From sequence record OR529409.1: a stretch of 64,000 nucleotides of DNA. The stretch is one strand, 5' to 3'. Both the position numbers and the translations under genes were made by a program. Shown here piece after piece: positions 39,682-48,760 of this stretch. The notes beneath the pieces were generated by a model. The model searched no databases. It saw only the letters and a program-made list of their open reading frames with translations, and was not told the DNA's origin. Each line of letters begins with the position of its first letter. The stretch's first letter is position 1.

Positions 39682-40214
39682 TGACCGCTCGTTACTTCGC
39701 AGGGGATTTCCATTTAGGAGATCCTTCGATCATCAAATACCGTAAGCAGTTTAAAACGGTAAAGGAGCACGATGAATTTATCGCCGATACGATTTTGGTT
39801 AAACCTCGTGATCACGACATACTAACCATCGTGGGCGACGGATTCATTAAACCCGAATCGCTGTTCATCCTGAAGAAATTCCCATATAAGAAACATCTTA
39901 TCCCGGGGAATCACTGTATGGAGAAAGGTGTTAAGGTTACCGATCTTGCTGCTTTCTTCGACGTTGTTACCGGATCGTTTAAATGGAAGAGTGGGTTCTT
40001 CGTATCCCATGAACCTCAGCATCCTAATCATCTCCGAGGCCGCATCAATATCCATGCTCATTTGCATGATAAAGTGATCGAAGACGAACGTTATATCGGG
40101 GTGTCGTTAGAACAAACCGGTTATCGTTTAATCCATCACGATGAGATCTTATCGGGTTCTTATCGTACTTATCGCAAACCAACTCTTGAAGACCATTTAC
40201 ATTTAGGAGAATAA
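39681..40214 (+). CDS. Calcineurin-like metallophosphoesterase
   Basis: GDFHLG, VGDG, PGNH, SHEP, IHAHLH motifs. Confidence 0.88.
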   Translation: MTARYFAGDFHLGDPSIIKYRKQFKTVKEHDEFIADTILVKPRDHDILTIVGDGFIKPESLFILKKFPYKKHLIPGNHCMEKGVKVTDLAAFFDVVTGSFKWKSGFFVSHEPQHPNHLRGRINIHAHLHDKVIEDERYIGVSLEQTGYRLIHHDEILSGSYRTYRKPTLEDHLHLGE

Positions 40215-40216
40215 CC

Positions 40217-40513
40217 ATGGCTCGTAAACCTTCTACTGTAGGCGAGATTATTAAGAAAGAGTATCTCGAACCGATGAACATGAGTATGATGGAACTCTGC
40301 CGTCGGACTCATTCAAGCAATGCCGCTATTTCCCGTCTGCTTAGCGGGAATACTCGTCTGAGTATTGAGATGGCGTTTAAACTCGCTAAGCTTTTTAACA
40401 CGTCTGAAGAGTATTGGCTGAATATTCAGCGCCAGGTAGATCTCTACGAGGCTAAGCGAGATAAAGAACTTAAGGCAACGTTGAAGAAAATTGTTCCCAT
40501 TAGTAAGGTGTGA
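40217..40513 (+). CDS. HigA-like antitoxin / XRE HTH protein with no adjacent toxin
   Basis: TVGEIIKKEYLEP..LSIEMAFKLAKLFNTSEEYWLNIQRQVDL matches HigA pattern. Confidence 0.85.
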   Translation: MARKPSTVGEIIKKEYLEPMNMSMMELCRRTHSSNAAISRLLSGNTRLSIEMAFKLAKLFNTSEEYWLNIQRQVDLYEAKRDKELKATLKKIVPISKV

Positions 40514-40860
40514 CGATGAATCCATTTAACATTTATTTTTCTGCTTCTCCTCTGGGGTCCGCTATAGGGTTAACGATCTTGCTAGTCCTTGGGTGGTTTT
40601 TTATTTACCGCAGCCCTACCGCGATTAACCAAGTTATCGGTAAACAGAAACGCGTTTACGTTGTTTTGTTTGTCCTGGTATTTTTTATCGGGAGTTGTTT
40701 TAATATAGGTACTCGGCAAGCTGAGCTTAATCGTTCTCAGTTCGACACCCAGATGAACACTGAGATCATCAAGAAATCACCTACCTCCACGGAAGCCTTC
40801 GACGCCCGTGGTAACTTTAATCAAGCGTTAGATAAAGCAAAAAAGGAAAATGAACAATGA
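40510..40860 (+). CDS. Two-TM membrane protein coupled to SPFH gene
   Basis: Two hydrophobic helices; overlaps both neighbours by 4 nt. Confidence 0.75.
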   Translation: MTMNPFNIYFSASPLGSAIGLTILLVLGWFFIYRSPTAINQVIGKQKRVYVVLFVLVFFIGSCFNIGTRQAELNRSQFDTQMNTEIIKKSPTSTEAFDARGNFNQALDKAKKENEQ

Positions 40861-41723
40861 AGAAACTTTTCTCAATTGTGGGATTAGTGATGATTGCAAC
40901 TTTACTCTCTGGATGCGGTCAGATCGTAGAACCTGGTTTTAAAGCCAAGTTCCTTTCTTCCAGTGGTTACAGTAACGAGATCAAGGAGCCGGGTAAATAT
41001 CAAGTTTGGTGGGGTGAGAAGCTGATTAAACTTGATACCTCGACCAAAGCGATATCCATTCCTCTCACTGTTAAGATGGCGGATGAAATGGATTTATCCT
41101 TTAGCGTTAACTTCCGTACCCGAGTCGGGGGTAACGATAAAGTCCTGAACGCCATGTTTAACGACATTCGACCTCAGGATACCGATAAGGGTCTTATCAT
41201 CTCCTTAGATCAGGTATTCTCGGTTTACGGTAATGACGTAGTGAGTAACGTTGCTCGTTCCGTAGTAGGGAAATACAAAGTCAGCGAGGTCTCTAAAAAC
41301 TACGACACGATCAACGAGCAACTTCAGGCTAAGTTAATCGAAGCGATGAAGAACAACCCGCTGGAAGTGTCCAATGTTACCGTCGCTAACATTACCTGGC
41401 CTAAAGTCATTACTGACGCCATCGAAAAGCAACAAGAGCGTGAACTGGCCATCAAGACAGAAGAAAACCAGCAGGCGATAGAAATGGTTAAACGCACTAA
41501 CCAGCTCAAACTCGCCGAAGCTGACCGAGAGATCGAACTCACTCGAGCGAGAACCCTGCGAGATCAGAACGCCATTACCGCCGATGGGTTAAGTGATAAA
41601 CTCATCGCTTATAAAGCGTTAGAGGTTCAACAATCCATGGCGGATAACAAGTCGGCGGTGTTTGTCCCCTATGAAGCTTTCAATGCACCCGGATTGTCCA
41701 ACCGCATCTTCAGTACCAAATAA
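40857..41723 (+). CDS. SPFH/band-7 domain lipoprotein
   Basis: Lipobox LLSGC; band-7-like body; Ala/Glu-rich coiled coil; ends AVFVPY. Confidence 0.88.
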   Translation: MKKLFSIVGLVMIATLLSGCGQIVEPGFKAKFLSSSGYSNEIKEPGKYQVWWGEKLIKLDTSTKAISIPLTVKMADEMDLSFSVNFRTRVGGNDKVLNAMFNDIRPQDTDKGLIISLDQVFSVYGNDVVSNVARSVVGKYKVSEVSKNYDTINEQLQAKLIEAMKNNPLEVSNVTVANITWPKVITDAIEKQQERELAIKTEENQQAIEMVKRTNQLKLAEADREIELTRARTLRDQNAITADGLSDKLIAYKALEVQQSMADNKSAVFVPYEAFNAPGLSNRIFSTK

Positions 41724-41731
41724 ATAACTAT

Positions 41732-41761
41732 TAATCTGGTTGGATGAGTCCAACCAGATTA
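41732..41761 (+). terminator. Terminator hairpin
   Basis: taatctggttgga-tgag-tccaaccagatta. Confidence 0.7.
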
Positions 41762-41777
41762 CTTTTACTTTAGGAGA

Positions 41778-42371
41778 ATGATGATGATCAACTGCTTAGA
41801 ACCTAACGAATTCGCTCAGTTTAAAGAACAGTGGGATAAATATCTCGAGGAGGGTCTTCCCGGACTCGATGAAAGAATGAAGGGCCCGATGCTTATCCTG
41901 AACGCAATACCTGGGGTCGCAACCCGCTTTTGTTGTTCCGGTCATACCTTTGAAGAAAGGTTATCGTCCCACCCGACCAAAGCGTATTCTCGAGTGCAGA
42001 AAAGGAACTTCATTTTTGTCGTTGAAGAAGGCCGCGCCGATATTTTCTTTGCGTTTGAAATACTCTTCAAATTATTGAACAAAGACGAGTTTAGTTTTTG
42101 CCGGCCTTCTTTAGAAACCACTCTGCTCAAGAAAAACTTCGGTGAGTCGGAAACCTATCCGGTTTGGGTATTTGAAATGAATTGGGTTTACGAACTCACC
42201 GAGGAAGAAAAAATAAAGGGAAGGGATAAGACCCAGAACGAACTCTGGGAGAAACTCCTCAGAGGACTGTTCCTGATCACCGATCCAAAGGAACGTCATA
42301 AACACCGGGATATTCTGACCGAACCCTATTTCGACCAACCAGGACTTATTAGGAAAACACATAATGTTTGA
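41778..42371 (+). CDS. Hypothetical protein (LN..PG..T..CCSGH motif)
   Basis: aggag RBS; overlaps nadR start. Confidence 0.7.
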   Translation: MMMINCLEPNEFAQFKEQWDKYLEEGLPGLDERMKGPMLILNAIPGVATRFCCSGHTFEERLSSHPTKAYSRVQKRNFIFVVEEGRADIFFAFEILFKLLNKDEFSFCRPSLETTLLKKNFGESETYPVWVFEMNWVYELTEEEKIKGRDKTQNELWEKLLRGLFLITDPKERHKHRDILTEPYFDQPGLIRKTHNV

Positions 42372-43473
42372 TATCGGCATTGTCGTTGGTAAATTCGCCC
42401 CTCTCACCCAGGGGCACATCAACCTCATCACCCAAGCCTCCCTCCAGGCTAAGAAAGTTATCGTTGTGTTAAGTCACGACAATCGCTGGTTAGCGCAACA
42501 ATGTCCTCGTGATCAGAAGGCGTTGACGTTCACTAACCGTCTTCGTTGGTTACAGCAGCATTACGCCGATTCGGACCATATTGATATTAAATATATCATT
42601 GAAGATGACATCCCGGAATTCCCCAACGGATGGAGCGCTTACTGTAGCCTCCTCAGGAAGATCTACACTGAGGAACAGCACAAGAGCTATAAAGGAATCG
42701 GATCAGTCGACAACACTCGTCGGATTGCTCAAACCGTGGCCATTTTCAGTAGTGAAATCGATTACGATAAAGGTTACGAGGAGCATCTTCCTGAAGTCAG
42801 TCACGTCGTCGTTGATGCGCATCGTACAGCGGTCCCCATTAGTGCGACTAAAATTCGTGAGAATCTTTACCCCAACTGGGAATACCTCCCTTCTATCGTT
42901 CGTAAGGACTACACCAAACGGATTGTCATCCTCGGCCAGGAATCTTGCGGTAAAAGTGTCATGGTCAAAAACCTGGCTAAGATGTTTAATACGTCCTGGG
43001 TAGAGGAGTACGGTCGGACGTATTGTGAAACTGAGCTCTGTGGTTCAGAATCGACACTCCGTAGTGATGATTACCCGATCATCGCTTATCGCCATAAGGA
43101 ACTGGAAATCCAAGCCATGCGCTCGGCTAACCGCATTTGCATCGTGGATACGAATGCGTTCATTACCGAATACTACCATCGGTTGTATGAAGGGAAACCT
43201 AATCGTATCGTCTCTGCTATAGCAGCTGAGGAAAACTACGATCTGGTCATCGTGCTCGAACCTACGGTGGAATGGGTTGATGACGGCCTTCGTAGTAATC
43301 CCGAAAGACAACGGACAACTGAATTATTTAACCTCATGAGTCTGGAGTTCCCTAACCAGTTCCCGGAAGGAAGAACGTTCCATATTTCTTCCTCCGATTA
43401 CAAAGTTAGGTTCGACCAGGCTTACGAGATTATCAAAACCTTTACCCAGCGTGTTAACTCAGGTGACTTTTAA
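42364..43473 (+). CDS. nadR: Bifunctional NMN adenylyltransferase / nicotinamide riboside kinase, lacking the HTH
   Basis: VVGKFAPLTQGH (T/HxGH); VPISATKIR; Walker A GQESCGKS; EEYGRTY; VDT; PTVEWVDDGLR. Confidence 0.93.
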   Translation: MFDIGIVVGKFAPLTQGHINLITQASLQAKKVIVVLSHDNRWLAQQCPRDQKALTFTNRLRWLQQHYADSDHIDIKYIIEDDIPEFPNGWSAYCSLLRKIYTEEQHKSYKGIGSVDNTRRIAQTVAIFSSEIDYDKGYEEHLPEVSHVVVDAHRTAVPISATKIRENLYPNWEYLPSIVRKDYTKRIVILGQESCGKSVMVKNLAKMFNTSWVEEYGRTYCETELCGSESTLRSDDYPIIAYRHKELEIQAMRSANRICIVDTNAFITEYYHRLYEGKPNRIVSAIAAEENYDLVIVLEPTVEWVDDGLRSNPERQRTTELFNLMSLEFPNQFPEGRTFHISSSDYKVRFDQAYEIIKTFTQRVNSGDF

Positions 43474-44169
43474 ATGAAAGAACTTTTTAGCGTAATCTAT
43501 ACTGATTTCCAGAGCGGATGGAGTCGTAAGGAATGGCTGTGGTTATTCGTAGCCATCGCTGCTGTTGTGGCCGGGAGTATTTCCGCTTCGCCATTGGAAT
43601 TCTGGGCGGGGATATTCAATGTCGTCTGCGTTATTCTTGTTGCTAAGGGTCGACTCTCCAATTACTATTGGGGATTATTAGGGGTGGTTCTCTACGCGAT
43701 CGTTTCCTACAAACAACAACTCTACGGCAACATGGCGCTTAACGTCATTTACTTCGGATTCCAATTCTGGGGTATTTACGGATGGCGTAAAACATTGCTG
43801 AATAAGACTGATGCTGGCGTTGACGTATCCGTTAAACGATTGTCACTTCTCCAGTTCCTTCAGATGACGTTCGTTGTTTTGGCGGGGACCTTTGCGGTCA
43901 GTTTATTCCTTCGTCATATCGGGGATAGTTCACCTGTATTAGATGCGTTTACGATGGTAGCGAGCTTAATCGCTATGGGCTTGATGGTTAAACAGTATTC
44001 CGAACAATGGTTACTCTGGATACTGGTCGATATCGCTTCTATTTACATGTGGGTCATTCCTGCTTTAGACCAACCTGGTTCTTGGTCCATGGTAGCGATG
44101 TGGACAGTTATCACCGGTAACGCACTGTACGGCGCTTACATGTGGTTTGTTGTTAAAATAAATAAATAA
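43474..44169 (+). CDS. pnuC: Nicotinamide riboside transporter PnuC
   Basis: Multi-TM; AKGRLSNYYWG; QFWGIYGW; LDAFT; EQWLLWILVD. Confidence 0.93.
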   Translation: MKELFSVIYTDFQSGWSRKEWLWLFVAIAAVVAGSISASPLEFWAGIFNVVCVILVAKGRLSNYYWGLLGVVLYAIVSYKQQLYGNMALNVIYFGFQFWGIYGWRKTLLNKTDAGVDVSVKRLSLLQFLQMTFVVLAGTFAVSLFLRHIGDSSPVLDAFTMVASLIAMGLMVKQYSEQWLLWILVDIASIYMWVIPALDQPGSWSMVAMWTVITGNALYGAYMWFVVKINK

Positions 44170-44194
44170 TTCCGACAATAAAGGATAAAATATC

Positions 44195-44896
44195 ATGCGT
44201 AAGAACTATGACATTAATGCCACTTCAGACGACGTCTTCTTTAATCACTCTAAATCATTTAAGCTGGTGAGCAAAGCAATTAAGAAGATCAGTTCAGCAA
44301 AATGGGAGGGGGTTTTTAGTGACCCTACCCAAAATGCTGCCCGTGGCTATGATGAAGGGCGGTTCGATAACATCCTCCGCGCAATGTATTCTGAAGATTT
44401 GGCGAGGGCCTTGGATTTTGCTATTCATCGCAACGAGATTGCCCGAATTGATATCGCCATCATGATGATGAAACCTGAAACCAAAATCGATTACCATTTT
44501 AGGCATGATATCCCCTATCGTCAATGGGGATTTCTTAGTTTCCGATCTGATTTAACAATTACCAGTGCTGATCAGCTCGACAACAATCCCTTTTTCTTCA
44601 CTACGCTCTTGCGGGAGCTCAAAAGAGCGGGGATTTACGATTACAACGTGAACGCGATCAGCGAGCTTTATCAACTTGTACATCTGGCCTCTATCGCGCT
44701 GTCGTACACTGGTTTGAGTGGATTGGGGGAATCGGATTCCTACCAGAACGCAATCGGTGTCGCCATGCAGGTAATTCGTCGTTGGGGCGCGGGAGAGGGT
44801 TCTGAAGTTATGAGTGATCTTGATCGAGCCACTCAGATTTGGTCGCCTTCGGAATCGGACTATGTTAAGTTTTACGAAGAATTGGTCATCGGATAA
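44195..44896 (+). CDS. Hypothetical protein
   Basis: aagga RBS plus leader. Confidence 0.75.
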   Translation: MRKNYDINATSDDVFFNHSKSFKLVSKAIKKISSAKWEGVFSDPTQNAARGYDEGRFDNILRAMYSEDLARALDFAIHRNEIARIDIAIMMMKPETKIDYHFRHDIPYRQWGFLSFRSDLTITSADQLDNNPFFFTTLLRELKRAGIYDYNVNAISELYQLVHLASIALSYTGLSGLGESDSYQNAIGVAMQVIRRWGAGEGSEVMSDLDRATQIWSPSESDYVKFYEELVIG

Positions 44897-44994
44897 CGAA
44901 GCGTAATTAAATTTAATAGTATGGTCGGTAGACCTAGGTGAGAGTGATCTTGTGGGTTACTCTCATTCCTTTCGTAAATATCGGAGAAATAAAA

Positions 44995-45510
44995 ATGGCT
45001 AAAGAAAACGTTGTTCGTATTCCACTGTATAATTTAGGTAATCTTTCCTGCGTAGGGTATCGAGAAGGGTGTGGGTATAACGTTAAGGTTTATTGGGGCG
45101 ATTATCTGCTGGCCTCTAAACCTAATCTCACTCAAGCGCTCGACTTCGCTTATATCGGGGTTCGGCTCTTCTCCCCGATCCACAGTGAATGGTTAACCGG
45201 CGATCTGCGCTTAACTATTTGTGAATCGTTGATAAAAGCCCGTTTATTAATTGACGGTAATCATAGCGTAGAGCGTTCTTCTGTTCTTTCAGAGGGATTC
45301 CTTAAGCATTGGAAAACGGGTGAGTCTGGAGTAGACTATTATCTGGAAGTACGTCTTGCTAGAGACCCGGGTAAAATAGAAGACGACATCGTTCAAGTCA
45401 CCTTAAAGTACGACAACGATGGGTGCAGCTTCACACATAGCTTCAAGAAATACGCTTCCGTTTTCAACTATAAAGAACATTTAGGTCTTTTCAAACAAGT
45501 TACCCGCTGA
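44995..45510 (+). CDS. Hypothetical protein
   Basis: Start moved to ATG after ggag. Confidence 0.7.
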   Translation: MAKENVVRIPLYNLGNLSCVGYREGCGYNVKVYWGDYLLASKPNLTQALDFAYIGVRLFSPIHSEWLTGDLRLTICESLIKARLLIDGNHSVERSSVLSEGFLKHWKTGESGVDYYLEVRLARDPGKIEDDIVQVTLKYDNDGCSFTHSFKKYASVFNYKEHLGLFKQVTR

Positions 45511-45517
45511 GTCAACC

Positions 45518-45550
45518 TAACTCCTACTCCCTTATCGGGAGTAGGAGTTA
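45518..45550 (+). terminator. Hairpin, inverted copy of 26283..26311
   Basis: taactcctactccc-ttatc-gggagtaggagtta. Confidence 0.75.
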
Positions 45551-45625
45551 TTACACATGTAAATAAAAACAGACCTTTATTATCTCTATGTGGAATAAAC
45601 CATAATCTTTTTAGGAGCATGTAAC

Positions 45626-45928
45626 GTGAACATCTATTTAGTTAAACCAATGGAATTTACTGGCGACGAAGATATCAACGGTATGGTCGTTGTAGCACCT
45701 GACACCAACACCGCCTTGCTGACCCACCCTCATATCGACGCAGACGGCAATACCTTCGAATGGGAAGTCGAAACCAATTCTGAAGCCGGTAACTGGGTGG
45801 ATGATGAGGGCCGAACTGACATCTTCCACGGTTGCGCTTGGCCGGCTCCTGATCGTTTACACTGTGTTCTGTTGGGCGTAGCCGCCGACGGGATGGAAGA
45901 AGGTATCGTGTTGGTCGATCGTGATTAA
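45626..45928 (+). CDS. Small phage protein, paralogue of 38737..38979
   Basis: MNIYLV..MVVVA..A..HP..LG.A..GIV. Confidence 0.7.
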   Translation: MNIYLVKPMEFTGDEDINGMVVVAPDTNTALLTHPHIDADGNTFEWEVETNSEAGNWVDDEGRTDIFHGCAWPAPDRLHCVLLGVAADGMEEGIVLVDRD

Positions 45929-45938
45929 GGGGTAACGC

Positions 45939-46457
45939 ATGAAAGTCGTTAGATTTGGGAACCTGACCGTTAATAAAGATAACAAGCTGGAGATAACACA
46001 GTTTAATTTTTCCAGTGAGTCCAACGGCGAACCCGTCACACCGGCTGGTATGGTGAAAGCTATTGTCAAATGGCTAAACAGTCATGTCGGGAACACCGAT
46101 GGGATGTTCAATCCCATCAAAGACTTAAACGGAGTCCCGCTTATCGCAGGAGTAAATATCCCAATTGATCAATCCAAGTTGGTTATGCCTAAAAGTGTGG
46201 CTTTAGCCGAACTGGATCCTCCTGTCTTTAGCACCAACGAATACACGTTCTTAGAAGTAGAAGAACGCGTTTATCAGCTCATAGCGATGCAAATAGGTAT
46301 AACGCTCACTACCGAAATGGGTGTCATTCCTGGCTCGGTTGAACTGATTGATGTGGATGATTCTCGTCCACATCCTGACAATGTCGTAGGTTACTGCCTG
46401 ACATTAGAAAATCCACCGCGGTATTTCTTGAAAGTTAAGAATAAAGGAGTTCGGTAA
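45939..46457 (+). CDS. Hypothetical protein
   Basis: aagggg RBS. Confidence 0.7.
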   Translation: MKVVRFGNLTVNKDNKLEITQFNFSSESNGEPVTPAGMVKAIVKWLNSHVGNTDGMFNPIKDLNGVPLIAGVNIPIDQSKLVMPKSVALAELDPPVFSTNEYTFLEVEERVYQLIAMQIGITLTTEMGVIPGSVELIDVDDSRPHPDNVVGYCLTLENPPRYFLKVKNKGVR

Positions 46458-47242
46458 TGTTAGAGACCCAGCTTAAAGATCGCCTGACCATCCTGAATAC
46501 TTTCGAATGGTTTACCTACTTCTGGAACAAATTCGAAGAAGGCATGTATGGTGTAAGACGAACCATGCATAGCGCGTCGGTTGCGATTAATAACGGCGAT
46601 TGTGCGGTAGCTGCCTTGGCAGCAGGTTCTGTTTTGAATCGCCGACTGGATGTTAACGTTGGAATGGCTCGCAATACTCTTCATGCCTGGGTCACTATCG
46701 GCAGCGATATCTTCGATACCGAATACCCCACAGGACACGATATATCAAGTTTTAAATCTAAATGGGGCGATCGTATCAGTGAGGTGGTTTTAACACCTGA
46801 GACTCTCGTAGAAGAGTTTATGCCGTGCGATCTGGTAGGTGCTTATCTCGTAAAAGAATTCTGCGGGATAATGTGTGAACCGCATCCTAAAGAAATCGAT
46901 TTTCTCCTGAATAATCCTACCGAATACGAATCACGGGAGGGTGTTCACAAAATCGAAAAGGCTATTGCGTTCGCAGTAGAGGAAACTCTGAAAGCTCGCC
47001 GGACAGTAACCACCATCAAACACGAGTCTTACTTCACTGCTAAAGAAGCCACGATGGATCATGAACTCAAAGATCACGTCAGGGATATCTATTCCGGTAT
47101 TCTGATCTGCGTACTGGTGGATAAGAACGATTACAAAGTGATCGGAGAGTCTTATCGCAAAGGACCAGAAACAGAACGCACGCTACTGGCGAGATCTAGA
47201 GCTAAGTTTATTGCTCTGGATAAACTTAAAGACGTGATCTGA
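46457..47242 (+). CDS. Hypothetical protein
   Basis: TAATG coupling, aggag RBS. Confidence 0.75.
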   Translation: MLETQLKDRLTILNTFEWFTYFWNKFEEGMYGVRRTMHSASVAINNGDCAVAALAAGSVLNRRLDVNVGMARNTLHAWVTIGSDIFDTEYPTGHDISSFKSKWGDRISEVVLTPETLVEEFMPCDLVGAYLVKEFCGIMCEPHPKEIDFLLNNPTEYESREGVHKIEKAIAFAVEETLKARRTVTTIKHESYFTAKEATMDHELKDHVRDIYSGILICVLVDKNDYKVIGESYRKGPETERTLLARSRAKFIALDKLKDVI

Positions 47243-47267
47243 CCATCTCTTCTTAGGAATATTCGAC

Positions 47268-48158
47268 ATGAAAAAAGAAATTAAAGTAGTCATCTCTCCA
47301 GACAATGTCGTTGTGGAGTTTAATCCGAATGGCGAAGCGGATAAGAATAAATCAAGAAATGAACAGCCTACTGGAAGATTAAAGCATTCTTCGCGGTATT
47401 GGTACGATCGTTTTGGGCACCCTCATCTTTTAGAGCCCGGTGAACCAATGCCTGCAAGCTTTATTAAACACTCCCAACTACAACAGCCGAGACAGCTACG
47501 ATCAACAAGGACTCGATTCCTTCTCCTGATCCCCGCGATGAAAAGTGTAAAGGGTAAAGATACCGTTATTCAAAACGGCATTTCAATTACCACTGGGAAA
47601 GTCAACATGCATGCGGTTGAGGCGGCATGTCGGACAATGGCTGAAAATATGAAAGCCATGCACCGCAAGCCCGTCTCTGATGAATTTCGCGATAAACTTT
47701 ACGAGGCGCTGGCCGCCTTTTATCATCGACATCACTCTCTAGGAAATGCTTCAAGAGAGTTCCTATACGGGGATATTATTTGCATCGAACAGTTTAAGCG
47801 CGAGTTTGGAATTGTTTTCTCCGATAAGGACGTGGACGCTTTTCTTAACGGAGTTATGCCTATTCCTGAGTTACTCAGCAAATACGTTAGAGAACTCCGT
47901 CCCGGTGAAAAGAAAATCACAACTTACTCACAATACGCTTTAGCTCTGAACACATTAACCTCGTTATTGTGTTTGTTTCCCCAAAACGTAAGAACGAGAG
48001 AAGATATTGAACGTGCTAAAGCATTACACGTTCAATTCAATATTCGTTTTGACATTGATATGTCCGAAGAGGATTTCTTAGCGATTATCTATCGCCGTGG
48101 GGCTCCTCGTCATTTCCTCAAAAAATACGCTACTACTGAAGCTACTAAAGGTAAATAA
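47268..48158 (+). CDS. Hypothetical protein
   Basis: tagga RBS. Confidence 0.75.
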   Translation: MKKEIKVVISPDNVVVEFNPNGEADKNKSRNEQPTGRLKHSSRYWYDRFGHPHLLEPGEPMPASFIKHSQLQQPRQLRSTRTRFLLLIPAMKSVKGKDTVIQNGISITTGKVNMHAVEAACRTMAENMKAMHRKPVSDEFRDKLYEALAAFYHRHHSLGNASREFLYGDIICIEQFKREFGIVFSDKDVDAFLNGVMPIPELLSKYVRELRPGEKKITTYSQYALALNTLTSLLCLFPQNVRTREDIERAKALHVQFNIRFDIDMSEEDFLAIIYRRGAPRHFLKKYATTEATKGK

Positions 48159-48335
48159 ATGCAACCACTGATCAGTCTTAAAGAGTTAGCCAAACTTCTG
48201 GGTATTTCCGTTAAAACCCTGAAAATTCGTATTAGCAAAGGTACTGTTCCCCAGCCTTTCGTTAGCGAGGGGAAAAATATGCGTTGGATGCGTTCTGACG
48301 TTGAGCATCTCTTCTCTAAAGAAGAAGTCGTTTAA
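48159..48335 (+). CDS. AlpA/excisionase-like small HTH DNA-binding protein (58 aa, not in ORF track)
   Basis: MQPLISLKELAKLLGISVKTLKIRISKGTVPQPFVSEGKNMRWMRSDVEHLFSKEEVV; ATG directly after the previous stop. Confidence 0.75.
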   Translation: MQPLISLKELAKLLGISVKTLKIRISKGTVPQPFVSEGKNMRWMRSDVEHLFSKEEVV

Positions 48336-48409
48336 GTTGTAAATATTTACAACCCTGTACTATTGTAATGGTTAACCGACCGTAAACTTTAATTAAAGGA
48401 AAAGAAGTT

Positions 48410-48691
48410 ATGTCTAAAATCAAACTGACCGAAGAACAACTCGCCGCCCTGAATGGTTCGGAATCCTTCGTCGTCTCCGGCCTGGCTGCCGGCAAAGTCT
48501 CCCTGGCAACCGACGTGTCGGTCATCACCCTCGATCTCGATCCGGGTCAGCTGACCATCGGCCAAACCCTGAAGATCAAAGACGGCGTCCTCGTCACTGA
48601 CAAAGCCCAGGAACAAAAGGCCGAAAAAGCCAAAGGTAAAAACAACCCGTCTCCGGAAATGGCGGCCAAACTTGCCGGCAGCGCCTGCTAA
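48410..48691 (+). CDS. Hypothetical protein with strongly host-like codon usage
   Basis: Visibly GC-richer than neighbours, C-ending codons; own RBS and downstream hairpin 48702..48729. Confidence 0.75.
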   Translation: MSKIKLTEEQLAALNGSESFVVSGLAAGKVSLATDVSVITLDLDPGQLTIGQTLKIKDGVLVTDKAQEQKAEKAKGKNNPSPEMAAKLAGSAC

Positions 48692-48760
48692 GTTAAGGTA
48701 AAGTAGGAGGGGGGTTTCCTCCTCCTACTCCCTCGTGTTTATTTTTTGGGAATTTCGTTA

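Noticed and set aside
39681-40860. Complete HigBA toxin-antitoxin pair
   Set aside because: Neighbours are a metallophosphoesterase and a membrane protein, not RelE/HigB-like.
41778-42371. TYW3-like tRNA methyltransferase call from the T..CCSGH motif
   Set aside because: Single short motif only; left as hypothetical.
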